Shown here one piece after another: positions 54,502-64,000 of a stretch of DNA of 64,000 nt. Every line of letters starts with the position of its first letter. Position 1 is the stretch's first letter. The notes below the pieces were generated by a model. The model was not told the DNA's origin. It was given only the letters and a program-made list of their open reading frames with translations, and made no database searches. Source of the stretch: a virus (lineage: Duplodnaviria > Caudoviricetes); IMG/VR virus record IMGVR_UViG_3300030059_001404, positions 2,826 through 66,825 of that record, one strand, 5' to 3'. Position numbers and translations under genes: made by a program.

Positions 54502-57500
54502 TTATGGATTTGCTATTACAACCCAAGTCTTATCTGGGTCAAAATAAAATATTGTACTACTGTATGCATATCCAACTATTCTTGCATATCCAGATGTAGG
54601 GACTGTTGTTGTTATGTTTCCACTTGTCGTTAAGTATGCAGCTATACCGTTACTTGTAACTGATTGCGCTCCATTAACTAAACCTTGAACAATCATTCCA
54701 ACAGAACCTGATGTTCCAGTTCCTTTAGCCATAGCTATTAATCTATTATAAGCATTAGTTGGCGTTGCAAGTGTCCATCCACTTCCTGTCCAGTAATATA
54801 TTTTACCACCTGTCACTGAAGAACCTCCAGTAAATAATGTAAATCCATTACCATTGTTATTTGCTAAACCTACATCTAATCCTATAGGCTTAAATGTAAT
54901 TATTCCTGAGTCTTTTATAGTGGCTACAGCAACCTCTCCTCCTACACCAGCTACAGAAGTATTTGCTCTTAAATCAATTTCCCCATTAGCTGCTCTGTTT
55001 TGAAGAACTACTCTATTTGAGTTTTCAAAAGTTAAAGCTGTTTTATATCCTCCTGAAGTGTCTTTATATAATATTCCGTCTCCTGCTCCACCAGATGTAG
55101 CATTAAAACGTACATTATTATCCCCCATGTCAATATTACCAGTCATTGTACCACCTGCTAGTGGTAAAAAACTTGCTTGTGCTGAAGTAATATAATTTGA
55201 ATCATTAGTCCATTGACTAATATTACCTGACTTGTTAGTAAAAGTTTCTGTACTACTTGGAGTTGTAGTTCCTTGTGGATTAGAAAATGAAGTAGTAAGT
55301 GTACTACCGCTTTGCTGTGATAATGTTAATGTTATAGTTGATGATCCTGAATCAGAAAATCCTGTTATACTTCTTGTGTAACCAGTTTCCCATTGTACTG
55401 AATTAGTAGCTCCGTTGGCACTTTGTATATTTCCATCAACAAATAATGTTCCATCTATTACTAATTCCGAACCATCCCATGTAAGGTCTGCATCACCTTC
55501 TAAGGAAGATGTGCCTGTCCAAATAGCTAACCTATTATTAACTCCTGATCCAGTAACTGAACCACTACCAGTACCTGCTCCTATAAGTGATCTGATTTCT
55601 GCTGCTGTTACACCTGAAGCTAATGTTGGTGAACCTCCTCCACTAAATATCCCTGGTTCTGCAAAAGATGTAAAACCTGAAGGGTTAGTATTGTTATATG
55701 GAGTAAATCCTAATGCACCTGTTACATTAGCACTTGATAAAGACAATGAGCCTCCTAATGTTAAATCTCCTGTACCTGTTACTGTTCCTGTTAATGTAAG
55801 TCCACTTACCGTTCCTGTTCCACTTACTGACGTTACACCTGCGCTTGAACTTGTTCCTGCTCCAATTAAATTTCTAACTTCTACAGCTGAAATATTTGAG
55901 TTTAATGATGGTGTAGAACCATTTGATAATATTGCTGGTGTACCTGAATCTGTGACCTTACCATTATTAGTTACAATATTTGCAGCTTGAGTAGATGTAA
56001 TACCAACCTTCCCATTGTTAGTTGTAATGTTAGATGCTTGAGTACTTGTTATTCCTACTTTAGCATTGTTAGTTGTAATGTTTGAAGCTTGAGTACTTGT
56101 AATACCTACCTTGGCAGTATTTGCAGTTATAGCTGATGCTTGACCTCCACTAATCGTTGTAGTATTTCCAGCCATTGCTGTAGTAGAAGTTGTTCCAATA
56201 ACTAAATTAGAAGTACCACTACCTGTTCCTGCGCCAATTAAATTCCTTACTTCTACAGCACTTATATTAGTATTTAAACTCGGTGTAGAACCATTACTTA
56301 GTATAGCTGGAGTACCTGTATCATTTACAACTCCTAAATTACTTCTTGCTCCTGAAGCTGTGCTTGAACCTGTTCCTCCGTTAACAACAGCCAAGTCTGT
56401 TCCAGACCAATCTGAATTACTAATAGAAAGTGAACCTCCTAATGTTAAATTACCACTACTTGTTACAGTACCTGAAAGAGTAATTCCATTAACAGAGCCT
56501 GTAGTTCCAACACTCGTTACAGTTCCTTGTGGAATGCTAAAGCTTGTAGTTAAAGTACCACCGTCTTGTTGTGTTAATGTAAGTGTTTTAGAACTAGAAC
56601 CTGAATTACCAAATCCTGTTACCATATTATCATATGCAGAATTTGATTCTAATGAACTACCTCCTGACCAAGTTACTGTACCACCAACAGTTAAAGCATT
56701 TGAACCTCCATTAAATGTTAATCCTGCATCACTTGTTATATTCGAATTACTATTCCAAAATGCTACTCTAGTACTTGAACCAGAACCTGTAACATTTCCT
56801 ACTTGTGAATTATCTATTTTTGTCCACGTTGTATTAGCAAATACTGCCCAATCTCCTATTGCCCAATCTGTTATTCCATCTAAGTTTGTGCTACCAGCAA
56901 CTGATACTATATAGTAATCACCTGACGTTCCAACACCACTTGATAAAGAAGGACTGTTTGTAGAAGCATTCCATGTGCCTTCAAACTGTAATACTCCTGT
57001 AAGAGCTGAGTTTATAGCTGTTTGTATTTGCGCTCCTGTAGCTAAATTAGATGACGAACTATTTACAGTTCCTACAATTGCATTTATAACTGGAGTAGTT
57101 CCTCCAGATGAACTTATTCTATTTGCAGTTCCACCTACAGATGTAACTCCAGAACTTGAGCTTGTTCCTGCGCCAATTAACGTACGCATTTCTAAAGCAC
57201 TTATATTAGTATTTAAACTTGGAGCAGAACCATTTGATAATACCGCAGGTAAACCTGTATCTGTAACCTTAGCATTGTTTGTTGTTATATTACTTGCTTG
57301 AGTACTGGAAATTCCTACCTTGGCATTGTTTGTTGTTATATTACTCGCTTGCGTACCAGTAATAGTTGTTGTATTACCAGCTTTCGCTGTAGTTGAAGTT
57401 GTCCCAATAACTAAACTTGATGTACCTGCTCCTATAAGTGATCTTACTTCAGAACCTGAAATACCGCTATTTAAACTTGGTGTTGAACCGTTAGATAATA

Positions 57501-59226
57501 TAGCTGGAACACCTTGTAAAGAAGCTGAAGTTATATATCCAGCACCATTTGTTATTTGGTTATTATTAATAGCAAAAGTTACTGCACCAAGTCCTTGTCT
57601 GTTTAAGGTTACTGTTCCTCCTGATATACTTCCACTTGTTACATAATTATTTGTATTGGTATCTGTAGAAGTTATAGTTAAAACATCTCCAACAACAGAA
57701 GTAGAAACATTAGTTCCACCTAAAATTGATAAAGTATCGTTATTGTTATCAGCAACCGCAGTACCTGAATTAGATAATACGTTTTTAAATATATTTTGTG
57801 AAGAACCTCTATCTGTATTAGTAAGTGTACCTGATGTTGTAATTGTCCCACCACTTAAACCTGTGCTTGTTGCTATAGAAGTTACTGTACCTGTTGTAGA
57901 ACTTGTACCTGCTCCTATCAAACTTCTCATTTCAGATGCGCTAATACCACTATTTAAACTTGGTACTGAACCATTCGATAATACCGCTGGCACTCCTGTG
58001 TCAGAAGTAAAAGTATTTGTTATAGTTATAACAGGTGTTGTAGTACTGTTTGAAACTGAAGCACTTATTCCAACTCCTGGATTTACACCTACAGATGTAA
58101 CTCCTGAACTACTTGATGTTCCTGCTCCAATAAGAGACCTTACCTCAGCAGCTGAAATACCAGTGTTTAAACTAGGCACGATTCCATTAGATAATATAGC
58201 TGGAACTCCTGTATCTGGTGCAGTATTAACTAATGATATAGTTGTTGCTCCACCATTTAAAGTAAATGTTCCTGCTCCGCTTAAACCTGTTCCTGTAGCA
58301 ATAGTAATTATTGCATTACTTACAGAAGGAAGAGAACCAGAAGTTATATACCCTGCATTATTATTAAACGTAGAGTTATTTATATTCCCTGGTGCTATTT
58401 TAAATTGTGAACCTCCTGAGTTTATAACTGCAAAGAAATCGGCATTACCTGATGTTGAAGTTGTTGTTAGTTCGTTTAAATTTAAACTTGCTGTAACTTC
58501 TAACGCTGCACTTACAGCATAATCTATTCCTACACCATCAATAAAAGTTATGGTATCCGAATTAGTAACATTTCTAACACCTGCTCCAGCAGTAATGTTA
58601 AAGCTACTCATTGTACCTGTTGCTGTAGAAAAAGGTAAATTAGCTACATTATATTTTTTAATATTTCCACTATCATTTGAATCACTAACCCATATAATAT
58701 CATTTGCAGCAATTTCGTTTCCTAACTCATCACCTGCTGATAGTATAGCGTTATCAGAACCCAAATAATCTATACTAATAGTTGGGTTAATAGTTGAGCT
58801 ACCAGACTGGGTAATACCTGTGCCTCCTGAAACAGAAGTTACAGAACCATTACCTGTTCCTGCTCCAATATCTGAACGTACTTGCGTACCTGTTCTGTAT
58901 TGTACTACTCCTGAACCATTAATGCATAAAAACTTATCAGGGTCACCTGTGGCATTTAAAACTGTACCAATGGTTAAAAAAGTTCCAAGAGTCAGATTTG
59001 TACCTATAGTACCTGAAGAAGATGTAGTTAAAGTTGTTCCGTTAAGATCTCCATCAACTAAAATTCCTTGTGTTCGTACACGAAGTCTATTAACTCCTGC
59101 TTGAACAAGATCAATAGTGTCGCCTGATGATTCATAGATAAAAGTGTTGCCACCGTTACTACCATCTAGACGAAGTTTCGTTCCAGATGGTAGTACTATG
59201 TCATTATAATGATTAGAGTAAGCCAT
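54502..59226 (-). CDS. Long tail fibre protein with internal repeats
   Basis: 1574 aa, G/S/T-rich, with a repeated PA(I/V)LSNG..PSLN..IS..E.R.LIGAGT unit. Confidence 0.75.
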   Translation of the reverse strand: MAYSNHYNDIVLPSGTKLRLDGSNGGNTFIYESSGDTIDLVQAGVNRLRVRTQGILVDGDLNGTTLTTSSSGTIGTNLTLGTFLTIGTVLNATGDPDKFLCINGSGVVQYRTGTQVRSDIGAGTGNGSVTSVSGGTGITQSGSSTINPTISIDYLGSDNAILSAGDELGNEIAANDIIWVSDSNDSGNIKKYNVANLPFSTATGTMSSFNITAGAGVRNVTNSDTITFIDGVGIDYAVSAALEVTASLNLNELTTTSTSGNADFFAVINSGGSQFKIAPGNINNSTFNNNAGYITSGSLPSVSNAIITIATGTGLSGAGTFTLNGGATTISLVNTAPDTGVPAILSNGIVPSLNTGISAAEVRSLIGAGTSSSSGVTSVGVNPGVGISASVSNSTTTPVITITNTFTSDTGVPAVLSNGSVPSLNSGISASEMRSLIGAGTSSTTGTVTSIATSTGLSGGTITTSGTLTNTDRGSSQNIFKNVLSNSGTAVADNNNDTLSILGGTNVSTSVVGDVLTITSTDTNTNNYVTSGSISGGTVTLNRQGLGAVTFAINNNQITNGAGYITSASLQGVPAILSNGSTPSLNSGISGSEVRSLIGAGTSSLVIGTTSTTAKAGNTTTITGTQASNITTNNAKVGISSTQASNITTNNAKVTDTGLPAVLSNGSAPSLNTNISALEMRTLIGAGTSSSSGVTSVGGTANRISSSGGTTPVINAIVGTVNSSSSNLATGAQIQTAINSALTGVLQFEGTWNASTNSPSLSSGVGTSGDYYIVSVAGSTNLDGITDWAIGDWAVFANTTWTKIDNSQVGNVTGSGSSTRVAFWNSNSNITSDAGLTFNGGSNALTVGGTVTWSGGSSLESNSAYDNMVTGFGNSGSSSKTLTLTQQDGGTLTTSFSIPQGTVTSVGTTGSVNGITLSGTVTSSGNLTLGGSLSISNSDWSGTDLAVVNGGTGSSTASGARSNLGVVNDTGTPAILSNGSTPSLNTNISAVEVRNLIGAGTGSGTSNLVIGTTSTTAMAGNTTTISGGQASAITANTAKVGITSTQASNITTNNAKVGITSTQASNITTNNGKVGITSTQAANIVTNNGKVTDSGTPAILSNGSTPSLNSNISAVEVRNLIGAGTSSSAGVTSVSGTGTVSGLTLTGTVTGTGDLTLGGSLSLSSANVTGALGFTPYNNTNPSGFTSFAEPGIFSGGGSPTLASGVTAAEIRSLIGAGTGSGSVTGSGVNNRLAIWTGTSSLEGDADLTWDGSELVIDGTLFVDGNIQSANGATNSVQWETGYTRSITGFSDSGSSTITLTLSQQSGSTLTTSFSNPQGTTTPSSTETFTNKSGNISQWTNDSNYITSAQASFLPLAGGTMTGNIDMGDNNVRFNATSGGAGDGILYKDTSGGYKTALTFENSNRVVLQNRAANGEIDLRANTSVAGVGGEVAVATIKDSGIITFKPIGLDVGLANNNGNGFTLFTGGSSVTGGKIYYWTGSGWTLATPTNAYNRLIAMAKGTGTSGSVGMIVQGLVNGAQSVTSNGIAAYLTTSGNITTTVPTSGYARIVGYAYSSTIFYFDPDKTWVVIANP
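55951..56154 (-). repeat. Four tandem 51-bp (17-aa) coding repeats
   Basis: ITSTQASNITTNNAKVG-like unit x4. Confidence 0.8.
57262..57363 (-). repeat. Two tandem 51-bp (17-aa) coding repeats
   Basis: Same unit x2. Confidence 0.75.
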
Positions 59227-59232
59227 GCATTA

Positions 59233-59240
59233 CAAATATA
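59233..59240 (-). promoter_or_regulatory. -7 promoter element TATATTTG
   Basis: CAAATATA on +, 6 nt from the ATG at 59226. Confidence 0.45.
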
Positions 59241-59253
59241 TGTATTATTATTA

Positions 59254-61839
59254 TTATGCTGACACGTTTGTCACTAATATTCTCCATGCGTTAGTTCCTG
59301 GAGCTTGATTAGTTCTAACCGTAACAGCTGATACTGATGTTCTTTCAATTTCTGCGTAGATTGTATCTCCAGTAGAAACTTCGTATAGCTGACACATAAC
59401 ATCTTTTGTATTAAAGCCATGACTTATAGTGTAAGTTAAATCAGAACCGTTACCAAATGAAACTTGATAATTAAATCCTGAGTTTACACAAGCCTCAACA
59501 TCTGTACAGAAGTTTGTTACTTGACTAGAAACAATTTGTATATTCTGAGCAGACTTAGAAGTTACACGTCCTTTGTTATCAGTTGTTACTGTTAACGATT
59601 GACTTGCTGAACCTACTGTTCCTGCACCACCAATTGTTGCCATGCTTACCGCACCAGTTGCTACTACTAAACCTCCAGCTACTGGGAAGCTTGCAATACC
59701 TAATGTTGTTGCTGTTGCTAAATCAGTATCTGACTGAACAACTACAAAATCAGCTTCAACAGCAGAACCTGCGGCTGCTACTGACTGAGCTATTACTTGA
59801 TCCCCTGGTGTTAATGGTGTTGCAGCATTTCCAAAGAAATTACCTGGAGCTGACACAACATAGAAATCACCAATTGCTATAGCGGTAGTAGTATAAAGAT
59901 TAGTTGTTAAAGGAGAGTCTAAAGCACCAGTGTTGGCGTTGAATCCACCTTTGAAATCTAATAATCCAACAACCGCTGCATTTAATTGATTCAAGTTAAC
60001 CGCATCAGTACCTAAAGTACCAGGTGTTAAGTCTGTTATTTTCTGACTTGTACCAGCAGTGTTAAGCATAGACGTATTAAAACTTCCTAGTTTAATTCCT
60101 AGTGATTTTATTTTACCATTTGTCGTATTGTCTATAATTGCAAATTCATCATTTACATCATCCCATGAACTTACTACACCTAGTTCGTTTAAATCTAAAA
60201 CTACTTGAACTGTGTCAGTTGCACTAGCTAAAGTGTCTATTCCCACAGATCCTAATATAGACATAGTATCTCCGTTGGATATTGTCTGAGTCGCACCACC
60301 GTCAGCTGCTAAAGAGAAAGAACTCATTGTTCCTGTTCCTCCAGTATAAGCTACTGTTACAGCTCCTGTTCCACTACTTACTGATATGTTTGAACCTGCT
60401 ACTATTGAAGTAACCCCTGTATTTACAAGTGTTAAATTATCAGTCGCACTAACTGTTGCGCTTAATCCTGTACTTCCTGTTACCGTTACAGTATTACCAT
60501 CAACAATTGTTTGAGTTGTAGTTCCATCACTTAAAGTCCAAGAACTCATTGTTCCTGCATTAGATGGTAATGTTACTGTTTTAGTATTTAAAGCTGTAGC
60601 ATGACCAGTTGAGTCTCTAGTAACAGAATCAACTACTGTAAATGTTGCACCTGGTGCTGGAGAAGATGTACTTACCGTATCACTCTGATTTTGAAGTGCG
60701 TGAGTAATAGTAAGCTCATCTGTTGCGCCTGCTGATGTTATTATCTTACCTGTTGCACCACCACTAAAAGTAGCTGTATTTCCAGCTGATATTACTTGAC
60801 TTGTTCCTGAGTCTCCTGCAAGAGTCCAAGATATAGCAGTAAATAAAGTTGAAATTAAAACTCTATAAGAATTATTAGCTTGACTTGAATCTTGTATAGC
60901 GAAGTAATCTCCAGGTTGTATAGAACCTACTGTTGTCATGGAATTTATATCCATACCAATAAGCATTCTATCTGATGCTGGAACTTTCTCCATGTAAACA
61001 CCACCGTAGAAAGTATTTTCAAAATCAAAAGTATCTCCAGAAGAAATAGTCATAGTTCCTAATCCATTAGGAGCATCAACTGTGAAAGATCCTGTTGGAA
61101 TAGCAGGGAACGTTTGTAACGCTCCAGTTCCGTCTATATATTGTGTTGTTGCTCCTGCTCCTGCTAAAGTTAATGTTCCAGAGCCAGTTACTGGTGAACC
61201 AGAAACTGTAAATGCTGAAGGAGCTGCCAAGCCTACGCTTGTAACTGTTCCACCACCTATTGCTGTTGTAAGTTGAGATATATTTACATACTTAGCATTA
61301 CCTGCATTTGAAGTGTCTGATAAAAGTATTCTATCACCTGCTACAACTGTTACTGCTGTACCATCTGCTGCTGCTAATATAACATTATCAGCACCAAGGT
61401 AATCAACAGCTACTGAAGGCGAAGGCCCTGTACTGTTTGTTACTGTAATACCTGCTCCACCTAATACGGAGGTAATATCTCCTTGAGGAATAGTTGGGAA
61501 AGTAACTAAATTACCTGCACCATTTATATATTGTGCTGCACTACCTGCTCCTGTAACTGCTAATGTTCCAGCAGTTGTAATAGGTGAGTTAGCTACTGTA
61601 AATGCCGATGGCATTGACAAACCTACACTTGTTACTGTACCTGCACCAGAAGATGCTTGTAAAGTTACCCAAGTTCCACCACCAACGTGATATTGTAATA
61701 CGTTGCCAGTAGTATCATAGACCATTTGTCCTTCTCCCCCTGGGTTACCTGTTCCGCCTCCAGGAACATTATAAACTTTCCATTCTTTTAGTTCGTTGTT
61801 CTTGAGGTTTATGTCTCCGTAAAAATTTATGTTTGCCAT
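59254..61839 (-). CDS. Tail fibre protein
   Basis: 861 aa, G/T/S-rich, GTVTSVGL repeats. Confidence 0.7.
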   Translation of the reverse strand: MANINFYGDINLKNNELKEWKVYNVPGGGTGNPGGEGQMVYDTTGNVLQYHVGGGTWVTLQASSGAGTVTSVGLSMPSAFTVANSPITTAGTLAVTGAGSAAQYINGAGNLVTFPTIPQGDITSVLGGAGITVTNSTGPSPSVAVDYLGADNVILAAADGTAVTVVAGDRILLSDTSNAGNAKYVNISQLTTAIGGGTVTSVGLAAPSAFTVSGSPVTGSGTLTLAGAGATTQYIDGTGALQTFPAIPTGSFTVDAPNGLGTMTISSGDTFDFENTFYGGVYMEKVPASDRMLIGMDINSMTTVGSIQPGDYFAIQDSSQANNSYRVLISTLFTAISWTLAGDSGTSQVISAGNTATFSGGATGKIITSAGATDELTITHALQNQSDTVSTSSPAPGATFTVVDSVTRDSTGHATALNTKTVTLPSNAGTMSSWTLSDGTTTQTIVDGNTVTVTGSTGLSATVSATDNLTLVNTGVTSIVAGSNISVSSGTGAVTVAYTGGTGTMSSFSLAADGGATQTISNGDTMSILGSVGIDTLASATDTVQVVLDLNELGVVSSWDDVNDEFAIIDNTTNGKIKSLGIKLGSFNTSMLNTAGTSQKITDLTPGTLGTDAVNLNQLNAAVVGLLDFKGGFNANTGALDSPLTTNLYTTTAIAIGDFYVVSAPGNFFGNAATPLTPGDQVIAQSVAAAGSAVEADFVVVQSDTDLATATTLGIASFPVAGGLVVATGAVSMATIGGAGTVGSASQSLTVTTDNKGRVTSKSAQNIQIVSSQVTNFCTDVEACVNSGFNYQVSFGNGSDLTYTISHGFNTKDVMCQLYEVSTGDTIYAEIERTSVSAVTVRTNQAPGTNAWRILVTNVSA

Positions 61840-61866
61840 TATGTTATGTTTTTTTCTTTTTTATTT

Positions 61867-62601
61867 TTAATTAAAAAACGCTCTAAAATCTGTTACAATT
61901 TCCGAAAACGTTATTTCTACCTGAGTATTTGATTTATACTCTACCTGCGCTTCTGCTATATCTTCATTTGCATCTACTATAGTACAAGATGAAAACTTGT
62001 TTAATCCATGCGTTACTGAAAATGTTGCTGCCCCTGTCAATGCTGCTACAAAGTTTTTATCTCCGCCTCCAGCTCCTGCTCCATAGTTCAACAAAGATAT
62101 AAAATAATCTACATCATTTTCAAACCCCCCATTACCTGCTGTAAAGGTCAAATTGATGTCGTAAAAATCTGGTTCTGCCGCATCTTGAGTTGATGTGTTC
62201 CAGGTATATATAGCCCATTGAGAGACATCTTCACACTTAGTTATTATAACAGATGAAGTTTGTAAGGGTGCTGTGTAAAATCCTGAAATATCTACAGTAC
62301 ATCTATTTTTTTGTGATTCACTAAGCATAAAATCTGTAAGCGTAGCAAATGGAATAACACCTGCTACAGCTGGATCTTGTGATATAGTTCCGCATTCTCT
62401 AGGACTGTTTGCGGCTATCGTCATGTCTTTATAAGTGTATCTTGGAAATGGTGAATCTATATAATTTAATCTGGCAATAAAACTTGCTACAGCTCCAGCT
62501 GTAAAGTTTTTAGTTGCATTTAAAAAATCTGCATCTGTTCCAATCCATTTGTCATTTGGACTTATTGTTAAATCATTTGGGTATGTACTAATTCTAGCCA
62601 T
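61867..62601 (-). CDS. Tail-associated structural protein
   Basis: MARISTYP N-terminus; C-terminal TFSVTHGLN module similar to the end of 59254..61839. Confidence 0.55.
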   Translation of the reverse strand: MARISTYPNDLTISPNDKWIGTDADFLNATKNFTAGAVASFIARLNYIDSPFPRYTYKDMTIAANSPRECGTISQDPAVAGVIPFATLTDFMLSESQKNRCTVDISGFYTAPLQTSSVIITKCEDVSQWAIYTWNTSTQDAAEPDFYDINLTFTAGNGGFENDVDYFISLLNYGAGAGGGDKNFVAALTGAATFSVTHGLNKFSSCTIVDANEDIAEAQVEYKSNTQVEITFSEIVTDFRAFFN

Positions 62602-62607
62602 TAAATT

Positions 62608-63012
62608 TTACTTTTTAATTTTTTTACCTTTTTCATAAGACCTTCCGCCAAAGTATGCTGCAACAACAGTTATAAGCAGAACTTTTAATAGATCTTTCCA
62701 TTCATCATCAACTACAAAGGTAATAAATCCTGAGTCAATAAAGATAAGCAACATTGTACACACAACTATAAAGATTAATGTGAGAGGTCTTACTGATTTT
62801 GATAACTTATTATCACTAACCATGTCAAACTTCCAACGCTCTGTTACGTTTTTTTGCATATCAGCTTCTGCATTAACAAACAGTTCAGCCATCTCTTTTT
62901 CAAAAGCAGCCTTCTCGTCTTTTGTTTGCACAAACTTATCTACCACTAAACCTATTTTATTAGCTATTCCAGCTCCTGCATTTCCGAATATTTTATTAAA
63001 TATTTCTTTCAC
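62608..63012 (-). CDS. Holin (3TM, GTA-holin-like)
   Basis: VVDKFVQTKDEK...TERWKFDM.SD..LSKSVRPL followed by TM helices and a basic tail; GTG start. Confidence 0.75.
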   Translation of the reverse strand: MKEIFNKIFGNAGAGIANKIGLVVDKFVQTKDEKAAFEKEMAELFVNAEADMQKNVTERWKFDMVSDNKLSKSVRPLTLIFIVVCTMLLIFIDSGFITFVVDDEWKDLLKVLLITVVAAYFGGRSYEKGKKIKK

Positions 63013-63146
63013 TATTTTTTCTTTTTAGGAAATCCTTTTTTCATGTTACTATAAGCTTTTTTAGTTATAGTAGATTTAGATTTTGTTCTTGATGTTCCTG
63101 CTTTTTTACGAGCATTCATATTTGCATATAATCCTTTGCTAGCCAT
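63012..63146 (-). CDS. Small basic protein (44 aa)
   Basis: Manual translation MASKGLYANMNARKKAGTSRTKSKSTITKKAYSNMKKGFPKKKK; stop overlaps the holin GTG. Confidence 0.7.
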   Translation of the reverse strand: MASKGLYANMNARKKAGTSRTKSKSTITKKAYSNMKKGFPKKKK

Positions 63147-63147
63147 T

Positions 63148-63381
63148 TTATTTTTTTTTATAAATTGATTTTTTCTTTTTAACTATTTTTCCTGTGGATT
63201 TTTTTGCGTTTTTTAAAAAAGCCTTTTGCCCTTTTACAGCTTTACCTTTTGAGTTTTTTTGACCTGACTTATAAAAATCATACAACGTAGTTGCAACGCC
63301 TATAGGCCCTGCTCGTCTTACTACTTTAGTAGCTGCTTTTTTTAAAACAGCTTTAACTAATTTTTTTTTGTTTACAGCCAT
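63148..63381 (-). CDS. Small basic protein
   Basis: ORF track; K-rich. Confidence 0.7.
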   Translation of the reverse strand: MAVNKKKLVKAVLKKAATKVVRRAGPIGVATTLYDFYKSGQKNSKGKAVKGQKAFLKNAKKSTGKIVKKKKSIYKKK

Positions 63382-63396
63382 AATATATTTATAAAT

Positions 63397-63678
63397 TTAA
63401 CATTTCCATCTTCTTCGAGCTTGTCTTATTCTTGAGTTAGGATTGTTTTTTGTTTTCCTACTACTTAATTTTAATTGACCAGCACTCCTTGCACAATATG
63501 ACGTACGTCTTTTAGCTGACTTACTTCCTTTTTTTACTGTACCAGTTACAGCAGTTTTTAATTTACTTCCTGGATTTGCACGTCTATACGCAGAAACTCC
63601 TTTCTGTGTCATACCAGCCCCAGACTTTGTAGGTCTATAGTTTGCTCCTTTACCTTTTGTAGTCTTAGCTATTGCCAT
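63397..63678 (-). CDS. Basic protein, DUF6321-like
   Basis: GMTQKGVSAYRRANPGSKLKTAVTG...RRTSYCARS...RQARRRWKC recalled family pattern. Confidence 0.7.
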   Translation of the reverse strand: MAIAKTTKGKGANYRPTKSGAGMTQKGVSAYRRANPGSKLKTAVTGTVKKGSKSAKRRTSYCARSAGQLKLSSRKTKNNPNSRIRQARRRWKC

Positions 63679-63980
63679 TATTTTTTTTTCTTTGTATATC
63701 TTTTTGTTATACGCTTACCTCTGGCTTTACTTATTTTTTTCTCAGTAAATTTTCCTCCGTCTTTTCCTTTCAGAAGAGTATAAGATCCGTTTTTATTTTT
63801 TTTAACAGATTTAAATGAAGATTTTGCTTTTTGCTTTTTTAATGACGTTTTAAGTTTAGTTGCGCTTGTAGAGGAAGTAATATAAGATTTAGCTTTCATC
63901 TTCTCGGTAAACTTACCTCCAGATTTTCCTTTGATTTTTATTTTACTCTTACTGACAACTTTAGATTTTTTTAATGCCAT
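63678..63980 (-). CDS. K-rich basic protein with an internal repeat
   Basis: About 37 K/R in 100 aa by hand count; KGK(S/D)GGKFTEK occurs twice. Confidence 0.75.
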   Translation of the reverse strand: MALKKSKVVSKSKIKIKGKSGGKFTEKMKAKSYITSSTSATKLKTSLKKQKAKSSFKSVKKNKNGSYTLLKGKDGGKFTEKKISKARGKRITKRYTKKKK

Positions 63981-64000
63981 TATTTTTTTTTATGAGAATA

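Larger units (their letters stand above)
1..64000. other. Bacteriophage genome segment (podovirus-like, probable Bacteroidetes/Flavobacteriia host)
   Basis: Terminase, portal, capsid, tail, holin and replication genes in two divergent arms; no host housekeeping operons or integrase seen; TAnnTTTG promoters. Confidence 0.93.

Noticed and set aside
54502-61839. Diversity-generating retroelement acting on the tail fibres
   Set aside because: No reverse transcriptase and no adenine-specific template/variable repeat pair seen
245-63028. Long opposite-strand ORFs (e.g. 245..466, 1507..1971, 23681..24058, 27407..27922, 55415..59882, 62780..63028)
   Set aside because: Shadow frames antisense to K-rich or G/S/T-rich genes; hydrophobic low-complexity translations with no family motifs
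1-64000. Stop-codon reassignment
   Set aside because: Very long ORFs are intact in the standard code, and TAG/TGA terminate genes at packed junctions (e.g. 20758, 29506, 7895)
1-64000. tRNA genes, integrase, group I/II introns, inteins
   Set aside because: No cloverleaf with T-loop consensus, recombinase motif or interrupted conserved gene recognised by eye; tRNAscan and Infernal were not run

Overview
The whole window is part of a lytic-looking dsDNA phage genome (at least 64 kb; a gene runs off the left end). It is probably a podovirus-like phage of Bacteroidetes/Flavobacteriia: it has Bacteroidetes-type TAnnTTTG promoters, a VirE/BT4734-like primase-helicase, and a terminase-portal-scaffold-capsid-ring-muzzle-ejection protein module resembling crAss-like-related flavobacterial phages. 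No database search was run; all calls rest on motifs read by eye. There are two divergent arms. The + strand (about 5950-20515) carries small early genes, then recombination and replication genes. The - strand carries groEL/groES, many tiny very basic proteins, holin, tail fibres and head/tail genes, ending in a 2913-aa virion protein. The strongest finding is RNA-level: three complete hammerhead ribozymes (one type III, two type I, with compensatory stem changes) lie between the first early genes at 6149-6201, 6526-6610 and 7345-7398. A second covarying stem-loop family, repeated three times, occupies the same kind of intergenic position further on (8010, 8987, 9822). Together they suggest an early polycistronic transcript that is cut into separate mRNAs, several encoding very acidic, possibly DNA-mimic anti-defence proteins. 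Other notable items are a GAMT/Rmt2-like methyltransferase in the tail module, a tandem GroES-like gene beside the terminase, an apparently split muzzle gene, and a ~55-aa module shared among structural proteins.
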